Positions 24,763 to 37,569 of a stretch of 64,000 nucleotides of DNA are shown in pieces. This DNA comes from Azolla caroliniana. Taxonomy: Eukaryota; Plantae; Polypodiophyta. The stretch lies in the NCBI GenBank assembly GCA_043228905.1, contig JBHGNT010000004.1, forward strand, positions 11,160,001-11,224,000, given 5' to 3'. The position numbers and the translations under genes are program-made. The notes under the pieces are model-generated. The model had not been told where the DNA came from, did no database searches, and saw only the letters and a program-made list of their open reading frames with translations. How positions within the stretch are numbered: the first letter of the stretch is position 1; each line of letters starts with the position of its first letter.

Positions 24763-25669
24763 ACGTGACCCCTCATCGATCCCAATTTCGGCAATACTCG
24801 GCTCGGCATTCCGACTCAGTTCGAGTTAGCAATTCGCAGCATTGAGCTATAATCGGAATCGGCATAGTAGAGCATAACCTTCTGGGTGGCTCTACATTAG
24901 TACTACATAATGACTGACACGTACTTGAACTCTCGAGACCGTTGATTTTGATCTGACAACTTGACGAAGATCGCATCCGTGGTGGCTTCTCATAAGGAGG
25001 GTGGACACTCCATAGGGGGAACCTCCTACTTGCTCAAGGTCCAAAAGTACATTCGTTGTACCCGTTATACGTCACACTTAGAGAGGGTGACTTGTTTCTG
25101 GTTTATGTCCCTATCTCATCCTTATGGCATGGATGACTTGGACACCTCAGCAAGGCCGATATCACACATTTATCTAGATGGTGCCACATCAATCTCTTCG
25201 TGGTGCCCCCTACTTCTCCATCTTTATCGATAATTCGACTTGTAAGGTGTGGGCATACCCTATCAGAACCAAAGATCGATGTTCTCGATTTTTTTCAAAT
25301 TGCTCGCTATGGTAGAGAACCAATTTGGTTGAAAGTTGAAATGCCTTCGAACCAATAATGGGGGAGAGTTTAAGTCAAAAGAATTCTCTAGATTGTAGCG
25401 GTGCATCAGACGTGAATACACGACATCACAATGTCTGGAGCAGAATAGAATTACTGAAAGGATGAATCGGACAATTGAGGAACGAATAGTGTCCATGCTC
25501 CAACACTCCAGATTGTCTGATGGTTTCTGGGTTGACCAAAACTTATGGCAGTACACATAATCAATATGTCGCCAAGTAGGCCTCTAGGACTTCAAGTACC
25601 TTCGGAACTATGGAGCCATAATAAGTTGAATTACGAAAAGCTGAGGATTTTCGGATGTGAGGCATACGC
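24763..25669 (+). pseudogene. Ty1/copia protease-integrase relic (host element X, right part)
   Basis: Decayed VTPHRSQF, RLGHLS, MNRTIEERIVSML and LRIFGCEAYA motifs; cut at 25669 by another LTR. Confidence 0.8.
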
Positions 25670-25980
25670 TGTCATGATATAGCATGGTATGGATTCCAAA
25701 AGATTTGAACCCATAACCTTGTGTAACATGGGTTGAAGCCTTACCATTAAACTATACATTGTAACACAAAAAATAATTTTTCAATTTATTAGTTCACTTA
25801 TGAAATCCATGAATATTCAAGATTTCTCTAGAACATTCTAGAAATGTCAAGAGTATTCCTAAGCCACTATAAAAAGAGGCACATGGCATTATTGAGAACC
25901 AAATCGGTTCAACGCCAGTCTTAAGCCTCTTAGCTATTCTTGTATATTCTCGTCATATAATATATATCTTTTGTTATCAC

Positions 25981-26024
<44 letters not shown>

Positions 26025-26173
26025 CTACACCCCGCTTAGTACTAACCCTCATCTTTTAGTACTAATTCCCTATCTGCCTTAGTACTATTCCTGACAGTTT
26101 GAACCAATTTTGTCCTTCCTTCTATCTTCTTACTTAACCCTCCTTTCTCTAATACTATGGCAATTGTTAGCGT
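25670..26173 (+). mobile_element. 5' LTR (25670-26096) and leader of a probable self-priming Tf1/Tcn1-type gypsy element; continues at 48671-~48900
   Basis: TGTCA...TGACA, TATAAAA at 25868, no tRNA PBS. 26099-26110 is complementary to 25901-25912. An ORF starting ATGGCAATTGTTAGC at 26157 resumes after 48670. Confidence 0.65.
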
Positions 26174-26287
26174 TAACGTGGTTTTCCGCGTGGATGCGTA
26201 GAAATAGGAGGGGACCACCAAGATCTCGGACCAAGGAGTCGGAATAGGGGGGAAGGGAGGACTGTGTCACAATTCGGATAGCTACGC

Positions 26288-27273
26288 TGTCGTGAAGTAT
26301 GAAAGCTTCACATTAAAAGTTTACAATAGGATAAATACATAATGAAAATAAAATAAACCTTTATAATGTTAATAACATACTATGATAATATTATACATTA
26401 TATGTAGAGACTAAAAAATATATATCTATTATATTACATGGGCATGAGAAGACTTGAACTAATAAACCCTACCTTATGACACTCAAAGGTTACCATTTAG
26501 CCTATACTAATCATTTACAAAATAATATATGATTTGAAGTAGTATTTTATTACATGGACAAAAGAGGACTTGAACCAACAACCTCAACCTTATGGCATTC
26601 ACACCTTACCATTTAGCCTATACTTATAATGTATATAAGTGTATGTCTTGTTTTCATTTTAACTAGTATTATACGGTTAAACCATCAAACGTGCTACATG
26701 TGCACCATATAGCACACATGCAAGAGCCTCTCTGCATGTGCGCCACATGGCCCACATGTAGAACCATCTCTTCCCTATAAAAGGAGAAGGAAGTATAGAC
26801 AAAGGGAAGCCAAGAAATAAGATGGAAATGATTATATTGGATCTAGAGAAAGATATATTGTAATAGAGAAAGAGAGAGAGAAAGGTATTCTTAAAAGAGA
26901 AAAGAAGAACTAGCTTGGTGGTGGTGGCCCTTGCAACGGAAGGGCGGCCGTTTGAGTCTTATACTTGTCGAGAGATTGAAGGGAAGACTATGGTCTACCA
27001 TCAAGAAAGAGAAGAGCGACTACCTTCTGAGACAAAGCTCGAAGGTTCAACGATGCTCGCAATCATTTTGTAACTCATTCATCAAATAATTATAAGTTTC
27101 TTTCATTCCTTCAAATATAATTCTATATCCCATCTTGTCATATCTTGTTGATCTCTATTTACTCTCTCTACTCTTTCGTCTCTTCCATCTATAATCCCAG
27201 TGATTCCTTCCTCACTTTCACGATATCTTTTGTCTACGCAATAGTATGCTTCTAGGCGAGCCACGCCACGACA
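26288..27273 (+). repeat. 5' LTR of gypsy copy A
   Basis: TGTCGTG...CACGACA; near-identical to 46826-47852 apart from small indels. Confidence 0.92.
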
Positions 27274-30200
27274 CAATCTGGTGAACCCGGACGTGAAACG
27301 GGGAAGTAGAAGAGACATCTAAAGTAAAGATCAACATCAACATGCCAAGTACGAGCACAATGGATCCTGTAAGGTTATTTATTGAAAAATTGAATCAAGA
27401 TCAATTATTTTTTGTAAAATTGAAGTCCGAGAGAAGATTGGTGTGTTTGATGGCACAAATATCTCAAAGTATGTCAATATATATTATAATGAAATGGAAA
27501 TGTTTGGTGTGAATGATGTCAATATTATAGCAAACTTTTATAAATTAGTGGAAATGGAATTAAGAGATAGAATTCGTGAAATACAAGCATTGCATAGTTT
27601 GGATTGGAATGCATTCAAGGAAGCGCTTAACGTCTGAATATTCTCGTGAAGATTTCTCTCGAGTTACTATGCGTTCATTTCATGAATGGATCTTAAAAGA
27701 AGATAAAGGGTTATCTGTGGCTGACACAAAAAAAGAGTTTGATAGGATGTATGGACACTTAAAGCCAGAAGAAAGAAATTCTTTCTCTTGGCAAAAGGTT
27801 GCTTTATTTTTGCAGGCAGTTGACAAGAGATATAGAAAAGAATTGGAATTTATGCTTGAAGTGTCAAATACCGAGGCCGGTATAATGACAGATTGGAATG
27901 AGGTAACAAATGCTTGTAATAAATTTATGAAAAGAATGCAAAGGAATGGTATAATGCTACAAATACCACTTGTGGGAATCATGAATCGCCTTGATCAAAA
28001 CATCGAAGTTCAAAGACATGGTCAAGAACCATCACACGAAATGGTGCATCAACCACGCAAAATGATCGGAACTAAGAGTGAGTCTTTGCTTGATGATTTA
28101 GTTCAAAGTATGAAAGATCTAACAAATAAAGTGGCAAAGCTTGAGAATGGTCAAACTTTGAGGTCAAGGGAACCATTTTGACCCTGATGCATGTGGTGCG
28201 ATAGTCTCGAACATCGTCTACGTGATTGTGAAGAATATAAAGACATGGAAAATTCAGACTTGGTGTATTGGAAAAATGGTAACATTTATTTAACTCAAAC
28301 TAGAAGTCCACTTACAAAGAACTTTGGTAATGGTGGTGTTAAGGTTAAATTTGACGAAACTGAAGCAAAGAAGGCTTCTGCAATGTACTACTCGGCAACG
28401 GTAGGAATCCGCCTCGATGACATGCCATCTTGATCATCATTCTGGGAGAAGGTTGTAAGTACCGCACAAAAGCAAAAGATGAAGATGGAAGACCTTCGTG
28501 TTGCCGGAGATTCTGTAAGGAAAAACACTGGATGAGATGTTCCAGTAGATGCTATGACGGTCTATGCTCAGATGGCAAAACACCAAGAGCATGAGGTGAT
28601 AGTGGAAGAAAAAAGGGAAAGGCTGAATGATGAGATTGGCTCAACAAAAAAGCATGAGACAAGAGAAAGCAAAAGAAAAGAGATGGACGCAAAAGTTGAA
28701 AAAGGTAAATTTGGTCCTTCATTCAAATTAATGTCTGATATTGAAAAGGATACAGATTTAAAGAAAGTTCTAGAAACAAGAATACTAGACAGTTGAGTAG
28801 AATTTACACTAAGAGAAGTGTTAGGTATTGCAAAAAAGGAATTTCATGATGAAATAATTGATATTGTGCAAAGAAAAAAGCAAATTAATGAGCAGGTTAA
28901 AGAGAGAAATCCAAAGGTAGCATATGAAGTGGTGAGCAACGACTCAAACAATATCGTTGTTGACTCTCAACATGCATCAACCTCAATGATAAGTTCAACA
29001 GATGCAAGAAGCCACTACTCTCGCAAATGTTGGGCAAGAGCCACTACTGAGCATCATGTGAAGATTGGAAATGTTCCAGACCCCGTGATGGCACTTATTG
29101 ATCATGGTTCTGAAATAAATATAATGAGTGCTGAATTTTACAGGAAAGGTAGATGGCCAATTGATACTCAACATGGTTGGCGAGTAAAAGCAGCCACATC
29201 AGTCACTGAAGATTTATTTGGTGCATGCCCAAATGTAAAGGTTACCATTGGTGATATAGAGATAGATCAACATTTCTTTGTGCAAGAAGGATCTACCTAT
29301 CCAATAATCTTGGGGCAACCATACATCACAGCAGTACGGATGGAGACCAAAGTCCTTGACAATGGTTCTACCTATGTGAAAGTCCGTAGCCAAGATGGAC
29401 GACGAACTGTACAGTTTATGACAGTTCACCAAATCATGAGAGGAACAAGCAAGAGCTTCGTGATCATTCAATACCAAAAGACTGTGATGATTTTGATAAT
29501 CAGGTTTTTGACCAGGACTATTGTGAGTGAGGGTTGCAATAGTCCCATTATTAAAAGGCCCTCATATAGGGCATTACAACATATGAATAAGTCATTTCAT
29601 GTTTCTGAAAGTGGTGCTATATGTGTGACTATTATGTATGAATGCAAGAGGAACTTGAAAAAGAATGCTAATCTGTTTCAACAGGCATTGAAGGATAATG
29701 GAGTACTTAAAATGGAAGAGCAGATTGAAAGTGTTATGGAAGAAATTTCTTTTGCAAATACTTTAGAAGAGTTAGAAATGTATTTGAAAGAAGATGATGA
29801 GAATGTTAGAAAGATACATGTAAACTCAGTTGATATGTATTATGAAATTAATGAGTATAATTGTAAATATGAAGAAGTAGAAGGTTTATGTAACACAAAA
29901 TATAAAACAATAGATAAAAAGATTAAACCTATTGCAATACCATTACCTATTGGAAGCGAAGAGAAGATGAAGGCAACATCAACTAAGCCTATGCTTCGAA
30001 CAATAGAGAAGATTGGACATCACTTCACTTCGGATACAATAAATAACTTAAGAATTGAAGGGGGTGAATTTCTTCTACAATCAGAGATCGCGACTTTCAA
30101 AGACATGATCTTTAGGCATGGGAAGGAAAGCATTCGCATTCAAAGCCGAGGAGATTGGTTGTGTAGATCCAAAGGTGGTAACGCCAATGGTAATATTTAC

Positions 30201-31386
30201 TATCCCTCATATTCCTTGGAATTTTAAACCTATTGCAGTATCGAGAGCTCGATTACCTCAATTGTTGGAGCTACTAAAGGATAAAGTCAAGATGAAGAAT
30301 TTAGAGCCTTCAAATGCACCATTTTCCAACCGATGGTTCACCATTCCAAAGAAAGATGGCTCTCTAAGATTCATTCAAGATCTACAACCAGTCAACAAAG
30401 TCACAATCCGAAATGTAGGAATCGGGCCGATCGTTGATGAATTTGCAGAAGCTTTTGCTGGGAGAGCCATTTACTCTATGGGAGACCTATATTCAGGATA
30501 CGGCCAATTTCAACTAGCAATTGATAGTCGCAATATCACAACAATGAAAACACCAATTGGGTTGGTTCGAATGTGCACTCTACCTCAAGGTGCGACAAAT
30601 TCAGTTGCTCATATGATGAATGCAATGAACAAGGTTCTACATGAGTACATCCTAAAGGTAACTATGCCATTTTTAGATGATATTCCTATCAAAGGATTCT
30701 TAGAAAGAGAGAAAGATGAGACTATGGTTGGAAATGGTTGCAGAAAGTTTGTGATGGATCACATTAATGATTGTGAAAGTCTTTTAAATAAGCTTGAGCA
30801 AGTACATTTGACACTATCAAGAACAAAGTCAAGCTTTGGGCAGAATGAAGTTCTGATAGTTGGTCATATGTGTGGGTGGTATGGGAGGAAACCTTCACTG
30901 ATCAAAATTAACGCAATAGAAAACATGAAGGACGTTTGTGAATCAGTAACAGAGGTGAGAAGATTTTTAGGTGCATGTGTATTTTATCATATTTGGTTAC
31001 CACACTTTGCACATGTCTCAGATCCTCTCTATCAACGTTTAAGAAAAGGGAAGAAGTTTATATGGACTGATGAACATACACAAGTTATTCAACAGTTGAA
31101 AGAAGCATTATTGAAAGTTCCAGTTCTTCGTCAACCAGACTACAATGGTGAAAGACCAATTATAGTGACAGTTGATACTAGCCCAATTGGGATTGGTTGG
31201 GTTATCAACCAAGAAGATGAAGAGCAACATCGATATGCTATCAGGTTTGGAGCAAAGATATTAAATGATAGGCAAAGAAATTATGCGCAAGTTAAATGAG
31301 AATTGTGGGGTTTGCTTACTGCACTAAAAACAGATAGAGATTACTTTATTAGAGCAGATGTAGTTGTTGAAACAGATTGTTTGCCA
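26288..31386 (+). mobile_element. Ty3/gypsy tRNA-Trp-primed element (copy A, AT-rich subfamily), truncated in RNase H
   Basis: LTR 26288-27273, PBS 27279-27297 (1-nt insertion), disrupted gag-PR 27341-29510, pol to VETDCLP at ~31386. Internal region closely matches copy B. Confidence 0.9.
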
Positions 31387-34300
31387 ATGTCTCCTCCTCT
31401 GTTTCTGTCGTCTGCCTCCTAGTGGCACGCTCCTTTGCCGCCTTGTCTGTGTCGGCCGCCTTCCCTTTGGGTGCCTTAGAGGCCAACAGTTGTTGCCGTT
31501 TCGAAGCCGTTTTCAGGGGGGTGCCTTCGGTTGTTCTCCCGCGCTTCGTGGTCTTGACGGGCTCGATAGGTGGCGCTAATAGGGTAAGCTATTGCGCCAC
31601 TGCAGTCCATATTTTCCGACCCTCCTTGCCTCTTACAGAGTCGATGGCTGCACAGAGGCCATCTGCAATCAGTACCGACCAGTCCACCTGCACGCCTTCA
31701 TACATTGCTATGATTAAGCCAGCTCGGTTCTAAGGCATGCACGGGGGTCAAGGGTATACATGTCCAAATTCATGGATCACATGGGCAATCGCTCGAAATA
31801 ATGTATGTTCGTTGCCCTGTGTCCTGTAAGCCTTGTTGGCCACAGAGTATTCGCCAAAATATTTTCGGAGCTGCTCCGGGGTAGGGTTGTCTATCCAAAT
31901 TGTGGGACTTGCCGGCCGCGGAACTACTTGCCGTCGTGTTGTTCTTGCCGTTTGCCGGCTCGTGCTCCCTCTTACCAGCTTCGCGTTTGCCGATTGCTAA
32001 AGGTGTTGCTGTCTCTTCCGACTTACCGGTGTCCGATTCTGTGTCGGCCTTTACTTGTTCAAATGGGTTTCTTGGCATGGGTCCATTGTATGGTTTGAGT
32101 CGGAACCCATTGACCCATTTACCCAGAACCTCGCCGGCGAGTGTCCCTAACTGGTAGGAACCGTTGAACTCTCGTGTGATCCAGTATGGACCGGTCCACC
32201 GAAACCGTAGCTTCCTTGGCATCTTACCCATCCGGGTCTGGAATACTAGTATCGGCTTACCGATTTCGAACATCTTTTCAGTGACAATCCACGAACGCAT
32301 TCCTTCATCGTTGCTCTAGTTCTAGGTGCATAATGCTGGCTAGCCGGTGTTCTTCCAATTCGCATAGCGCGGCTAACCGGATCGCTTCCGATTCCTTCTG
32401 ATTTAGGCGTTCCCGAATCTGTATTCGTAAACCTCGGCACCTGGAACTCGACCGGCATCACTGCCTCCAATCCGAATGCTAGGTAAAACGGTGTTGTGCG
32501 GATACTTGTCTTATATGTCGTTCGATAGGCCCAGAGTGCACTGTGTCACTTTGTGTCCCAATCCGTCCGGTTCTCATTGACGATTTTTCGAAGCATGTTC
32601 TCATTGACTCGGCTAATCCGTTTGCTTGTGGATAATAGGGAGTGCTTCGTTTGTGCACCACCGCATAGAATGTCGTCAAACTTTACACTACTTCCCCTAA
32701 AAAGTGCCCACGTTGGTTACTTATTAGCTCTATCGGACATCCATACCTGCACTAGATGTATTGATATAAAAATTTTGCCATGGATGCCACGGTGTTGTCA
32801 CGTAGTGCTTTGGCTTCCACCCATTTTGTGCAATAATCCGTAGCGACAATCACGTACTAGTTGCCGGTTCTCATTGCTGGTGGTTTGAATGGACCGACAA
32901 AATCCAGCCCCCATTTCTGAAATGGTTCTAACGGTAGCACGGGCTGGTGAGGCATCCTGGCTTGTTCGGTTGGTTGGCCCATTTGCTGACATAGGTCACA
33001 TTCTTTAGCGTACCGGACTGCATCCTTCAATGTTGTTGGCCACCATAGTCCACTCTACCATATTTTCCTTGTCGTAGCGTCTCTGGCATAATGTCCTCCA
33101 GCCACTCCGCAGTGTGCTTCGCACAATATTATGTCCTTTTCGTCGTTGTGCACTGCACGCCGCCATATGCCATCTGCGCCTTTGTTGTACAGTGTGTCCT
33201 ATAATAGACAGAAGTGCCGGCTTTGAACAGCTAAGCGTTTCCTTTCGTCTCTGTTCATCTCCTCTGGAGGTAAGCCGGTGCTCAGAAATTGGTGCATGTT
33301 GGTGAGCCACTTGTCTTCCTCTACGACCATACCATCTGTTGTCGTTTTTGTTGTGACTCTAAACAGTTCTGCGTCCGGGAACTCATCTGGGACGCCGTCA
33401 CCGGTCTCGCCAGAATCTAACCGGCTCAAATAGTTTGCTACCGCATGTTGTATGCCGGGTCGGTGGAATATCTCGAATTCGAATTCTTGTAATAGTAACG
33501 TCCACCAGGCCAGCTTACCGGTGAGTGATGCTTTGGACACCAAATAGAGGAGCGTCGAATGATCTACATGGAAGGAAAATTTCCTTCCCAGCAGATAGTG
33601 TCTAAACTTGGTGACACTGTAGATCATGCCCAAGGCCTCTCTTTCCGTTGTGGAATAATTACGTTCTGCTTGGGACAGCTTCCGGCTGGTATAATACACT
33701 GGCCGGTACCACTTCAGTTCTGTAAGTTGCATAAGCACGCTCCCGATGGCGATGTCGGACGCGTCAACGAACACATGGAACTCTTTAGACCAATCGGGAG
33801 GTTGCACCACCGGCGCTTGGGACAATAGTAATTTTAGTGCCCGTTAAGCCTTGTCTTCTGTGTCCGTCCATTGGAACGGTGTCCGATGTACGGCGGCATG
33901 CAATGGTGTAGCCAGGTCTGCAAAATACCAAAGCATTCGGCTATGCCACCGAATTTGTCCTAAGAACCAGCTTAATGCCTTTGCCGTGGTTGGTGCCGGT
34001 GCCTCTAAAATAGCTTTGACCTTGTTCGGATCCACTACAATACCATCCTTGCTCACGATGTGGCCAAGTAACGCTCCATTGGACACTCCGAACACGCATT
34101 TTGTTGGGTTAAGGCTTAGCTGGTAAACCCTACATTTCTCCAAACATAGTCGGAGCTGTTGAAGGTGATCCCCTTCCCTGCTATAAACAGCGAAGTCGTC
34201 CAAGAACACCTGCATGAATGCCGGAATGAATTCTCCGAAAATCTCCATGATGATCCGCTGGAAGGTTTCCGGTGCCATTTTCAGTTCGAACATCATAACT

Positions 34301-37300
34301 ACGACAACAAAGACTCCCCATTCGGTGACAAAAGCGGTTTTCTCCTGGTCATCGGGGTGCATCCGGAATCTGATTATAGCCGATGAAGCCGTCTAGAAAA
34401 CTGTACACCTCATGACCGGCGACCGCATCCAAGACTCCGTCCGTGAAGGGAAGTGCAAAGGCGTCCGTTACCGTAGCCGCATTCAATTTCCGGTAGTCAA
34501 CACAAACTCTTATCTTACCGTTCTTTTTCGGTACTACGACTATCGGACTGAGCCATGTGGCTTTCTTTACCAGTCGGATGAAGCCAACCCTTAGCAACTT
34601 GTCGATTTCTTCTTTGACTTTTGCTGCGTAATTCGAGTTCATCTGGTAACGTCGTTGTGCTACCGGTTTGGCGTCTTTACTCAGATGTATTTGATGTTGA
34701 TACAACTGAGGATCGAGTCCCCGCATGTCCTCATAGGACCAGACGAACACATCGCAAAATTCTTTTAGGAGTGTGATCATTGCCGTTTTGTTCTCCGGGG
34801 TCATTTCCTTGGCGATGTGAACCGGTCTTGCATCCTCTGTGGTACCTAGGTTTACCTCTTCTAGTTGGGATGCTTTTACGTGTTGCGACACTGCCATCTC
34901 TCTTTCCAGTGTCTCCTGTGCTTGTTGTAATTCCCAGATCACTTCTTTATCCGGTTCCTCGTCGGTCCCGTCCGGTTGCAGTATGTACGGTGATACTGCT
35001 TCAACTACATCAATTTCAAATAGAGGTACGATCTTCGGATTTTCCTGTAAGTATTGATCGACCTCTTCGTCTGCCAATCTTTCAGCATGTTGATGCATTC
35101 CGCATATAGCGGCGTCAATTCCTTGCCGGTACTAGACCGTGGTTGAGTCGGTACTCGCACTTTTGCTTTTCCACGCCGAAACGTAATTATATTCTTCCTC
35201 CAGTTTTGCTTGATGTGTGTTGTTTTTAATCAAGGGCGTCCCAACAATAGTGGGTAAGCTCCTTGAGCCTGTAGCTGGAGGACTACTGCCGAAATGCAAA
35301 ATGTGTGACCCCCGATGGTCACATCCAGATCACGTATTAATCCGGTCGGCCATACTGAGCTTCTGTCCGCCATCTGAAGCCAAAACAGGCATGGTTCCCA
35401 GTCGTGGATTCCTAGAGTGTTACATGTTCGGAGGCTGATCACGTTCACGCCGGATCCTCCATCGATAATTGTGTCGGGTAGCTCATTTCCTTTCACGATG
35501 GCTGTGATTGCCGGACTGATCGTGTCTACTACCGCTGGTCCTTCCTCCGGATTTGAAAAGAATGCCGGAGCTGGTGGTGTGTTGGTTGCCGTCCTTCCTG
35601 TCTTCGGTCCTTCCGTGAAGCGTGGTACCAATTGCAATAGCCGGCCTAACGGCAACGTTATTTGGCATTCTTGTAACGCCTGCCATGTTGGGTTTTCGGG
35701 CTGCCTTATGCCGGTGAGCTCTTCAGCATTCTCCTTTTGGTGTTCTAGCTCTGCTACATTCTGCTCGTTTGCATTCTTCACCCATTCGGTTGCCTGCTTT
35801 CAGATGGCTTCCTGAGTTTCCCACTCCGTGGCTTTGCCTTTTGATCTTGTAGTAACTTGTTGTAAGTCTGCTACTTCCGCGACTACCATGTTCACCGCTG
35901 GTAGTTTGTCGTAGCTCTTCGCCGGACATTGGTTACTATAGTGGCCTTCCTACCGGCAATAATAGCAGTACGCCTTCTGGGTGTTGCTGGATTCGGTGTT
36001 TGTGCCCACACCTAGTTCAGGTCCTGTGGTAACTACTTCGTTTTGGTCCAGTTGGCTGCTTGGAGCGCCCTTTTCTGGTTCTCGTGGATGACCCCCCTTT
36101 TTGTTGAAATGTCGTTTCTTGTTGAAATTCTTTTTGTGTCGGTAAGCGTGACAGGGTTGGTCGTCATACTTGCCATAGTCGTCCCGTCGTTGGTTGTAAC
36201 CAGGGGAGTGATCCCAGTTGTTTCTCTCGTACCGTCCATTATAGTCCCGGTATCTTTCCTGTTTATCATCCCGGTCATAAGTGTCCCATCGATCCCTATA
36301 CCGGACATCTTCTGCCGGCCGGTAGCGCTCCTCTCGCCGCCAGCGTTCTTCTTCTTCCTCCCGGTTGCTTCGTGGTTCATTTGCCGGACTGGTGGTGCTT
36401 GCCTATTTAACAAGTTATACTCACACCGTTCCATTGTGTGGCTTCTGGAGTGGTAGAGCAAGCATTGGGAACGCATGATGCATTCCAGCACCGAATGTTC
36501 AGCATTCAGGCATGTCGTACATTGAATTGCTAGCTGGAAGCGGAGGTCCTCATCTGTCGGTAGTGCACGCTGAAGTGCGCCCATGGTTAGCGATGAACTT
36601 GATTTTTCCATTTCCCGAACTTGGTTGATTACTATGCTGCTAGTGCGGAAATCAATGACAGTGCACATTGTTCGTAAGGGTTCCCGGAGTGCTGCTATGA
36701 ACATGGCCTTTGTTTCTTCCTCTGGTGGTGTTCGGCTAAGCTGACTGTGGATCTGCTGGAACCGGATGACAAACTGTTGGACGTTCTCCATTGGTTCCTG
36801 CCGGATCATGTAAAATAGGCCTACCATTTCCCGTTGGTCCATCTCCTTGTGAAAGAAATGCAAGAATTTGGTCTTTAATGTTTCAAATGTGGGGATGGTG
36901 CTGGGATCTTGTGTTCGGTGCCATCTGGCAACCGGTCCCTCCAGGGTCATCCCAAACTCTGCCCTTTTTGAGTGTTCCTCTTCGGCTGCATTCAAGCGTT
37001 GGGACATATGGTTTGCCTCCCAGGTCTACTGAAACGCATGGACGTGGGCTTCCACGTCCGGATCATCCCTATTACTGGGATATTGGAACGACATATCGTC
37101 GTCTGGTGTCGGTACGCGGGCGGCTGGTGTCGGGGGTCTTTCCTCCTCCTCCGTCGGCGTTAGAGGTCTTTCCTGCTCCTCTTTTGGTGTTGGAGGCCTC
37201 TCCTCCTCGACTTCCTGTGTCGGAGCTCTCTCTTCCTCGACTTCTGGTTCCGGAGTGTGCTCTACTTCCAGTGCCGGAGGTTCCAGCGTTGTCAATTCGG

Positions 37301-37560
37301 GTTTTGGTGTTGGCAAGGTATCCGACTTCTCGTCCTCCGGTCCGTCTAGGGTGTCGTTACTACTGTAGTAGTTCGTCTGCGCGTTTTATTCCCCTTCCGA
37401 ACCCGATTCAAAAGCCGAAAATGCTTCAGATTCGCCTTCGCCCACTGCCAATGCCTGGAGAAGGGATTCCGCTTCCCGGAGGCTGCTTAGGCTACTCCCT
37501 TCGTCCGGGTAGTCATTTTGTTGTAAACGAAGTGACTCCTTGGCCACTCTTCGGATCACC
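31387..37560 (-). mobile_element. Internal region of a second Ty3/gypsy lineage (Athila/Tat-like non-chromovirus), decayed, no LTRs visible
   Basis: gag with knuckles (36033-37007), protease IIDGGSGVN (35230-35781), RT CVDYRKLN...FLDDFAV (33844-35098), RNase H FVDASD...EREALG (33199-33825), integrase YYPQANGLAE and WTGPY (31770-33200). Confidence 0.85.
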
Positions 37561-37569
37561 TTGGAAAAT

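Noticed and set aside
25666-25669. ACGC flank of the 25670 LTR as another CpG target
   Set aside because: Different lineage and the other TSD is not visible, so it was not counted.
26437-26624. Functional tRNA genes in LTRs
   Set aside because: Acceptor and anticodon stems do not pair properly, so they are reported only as tRNA-like box modules.
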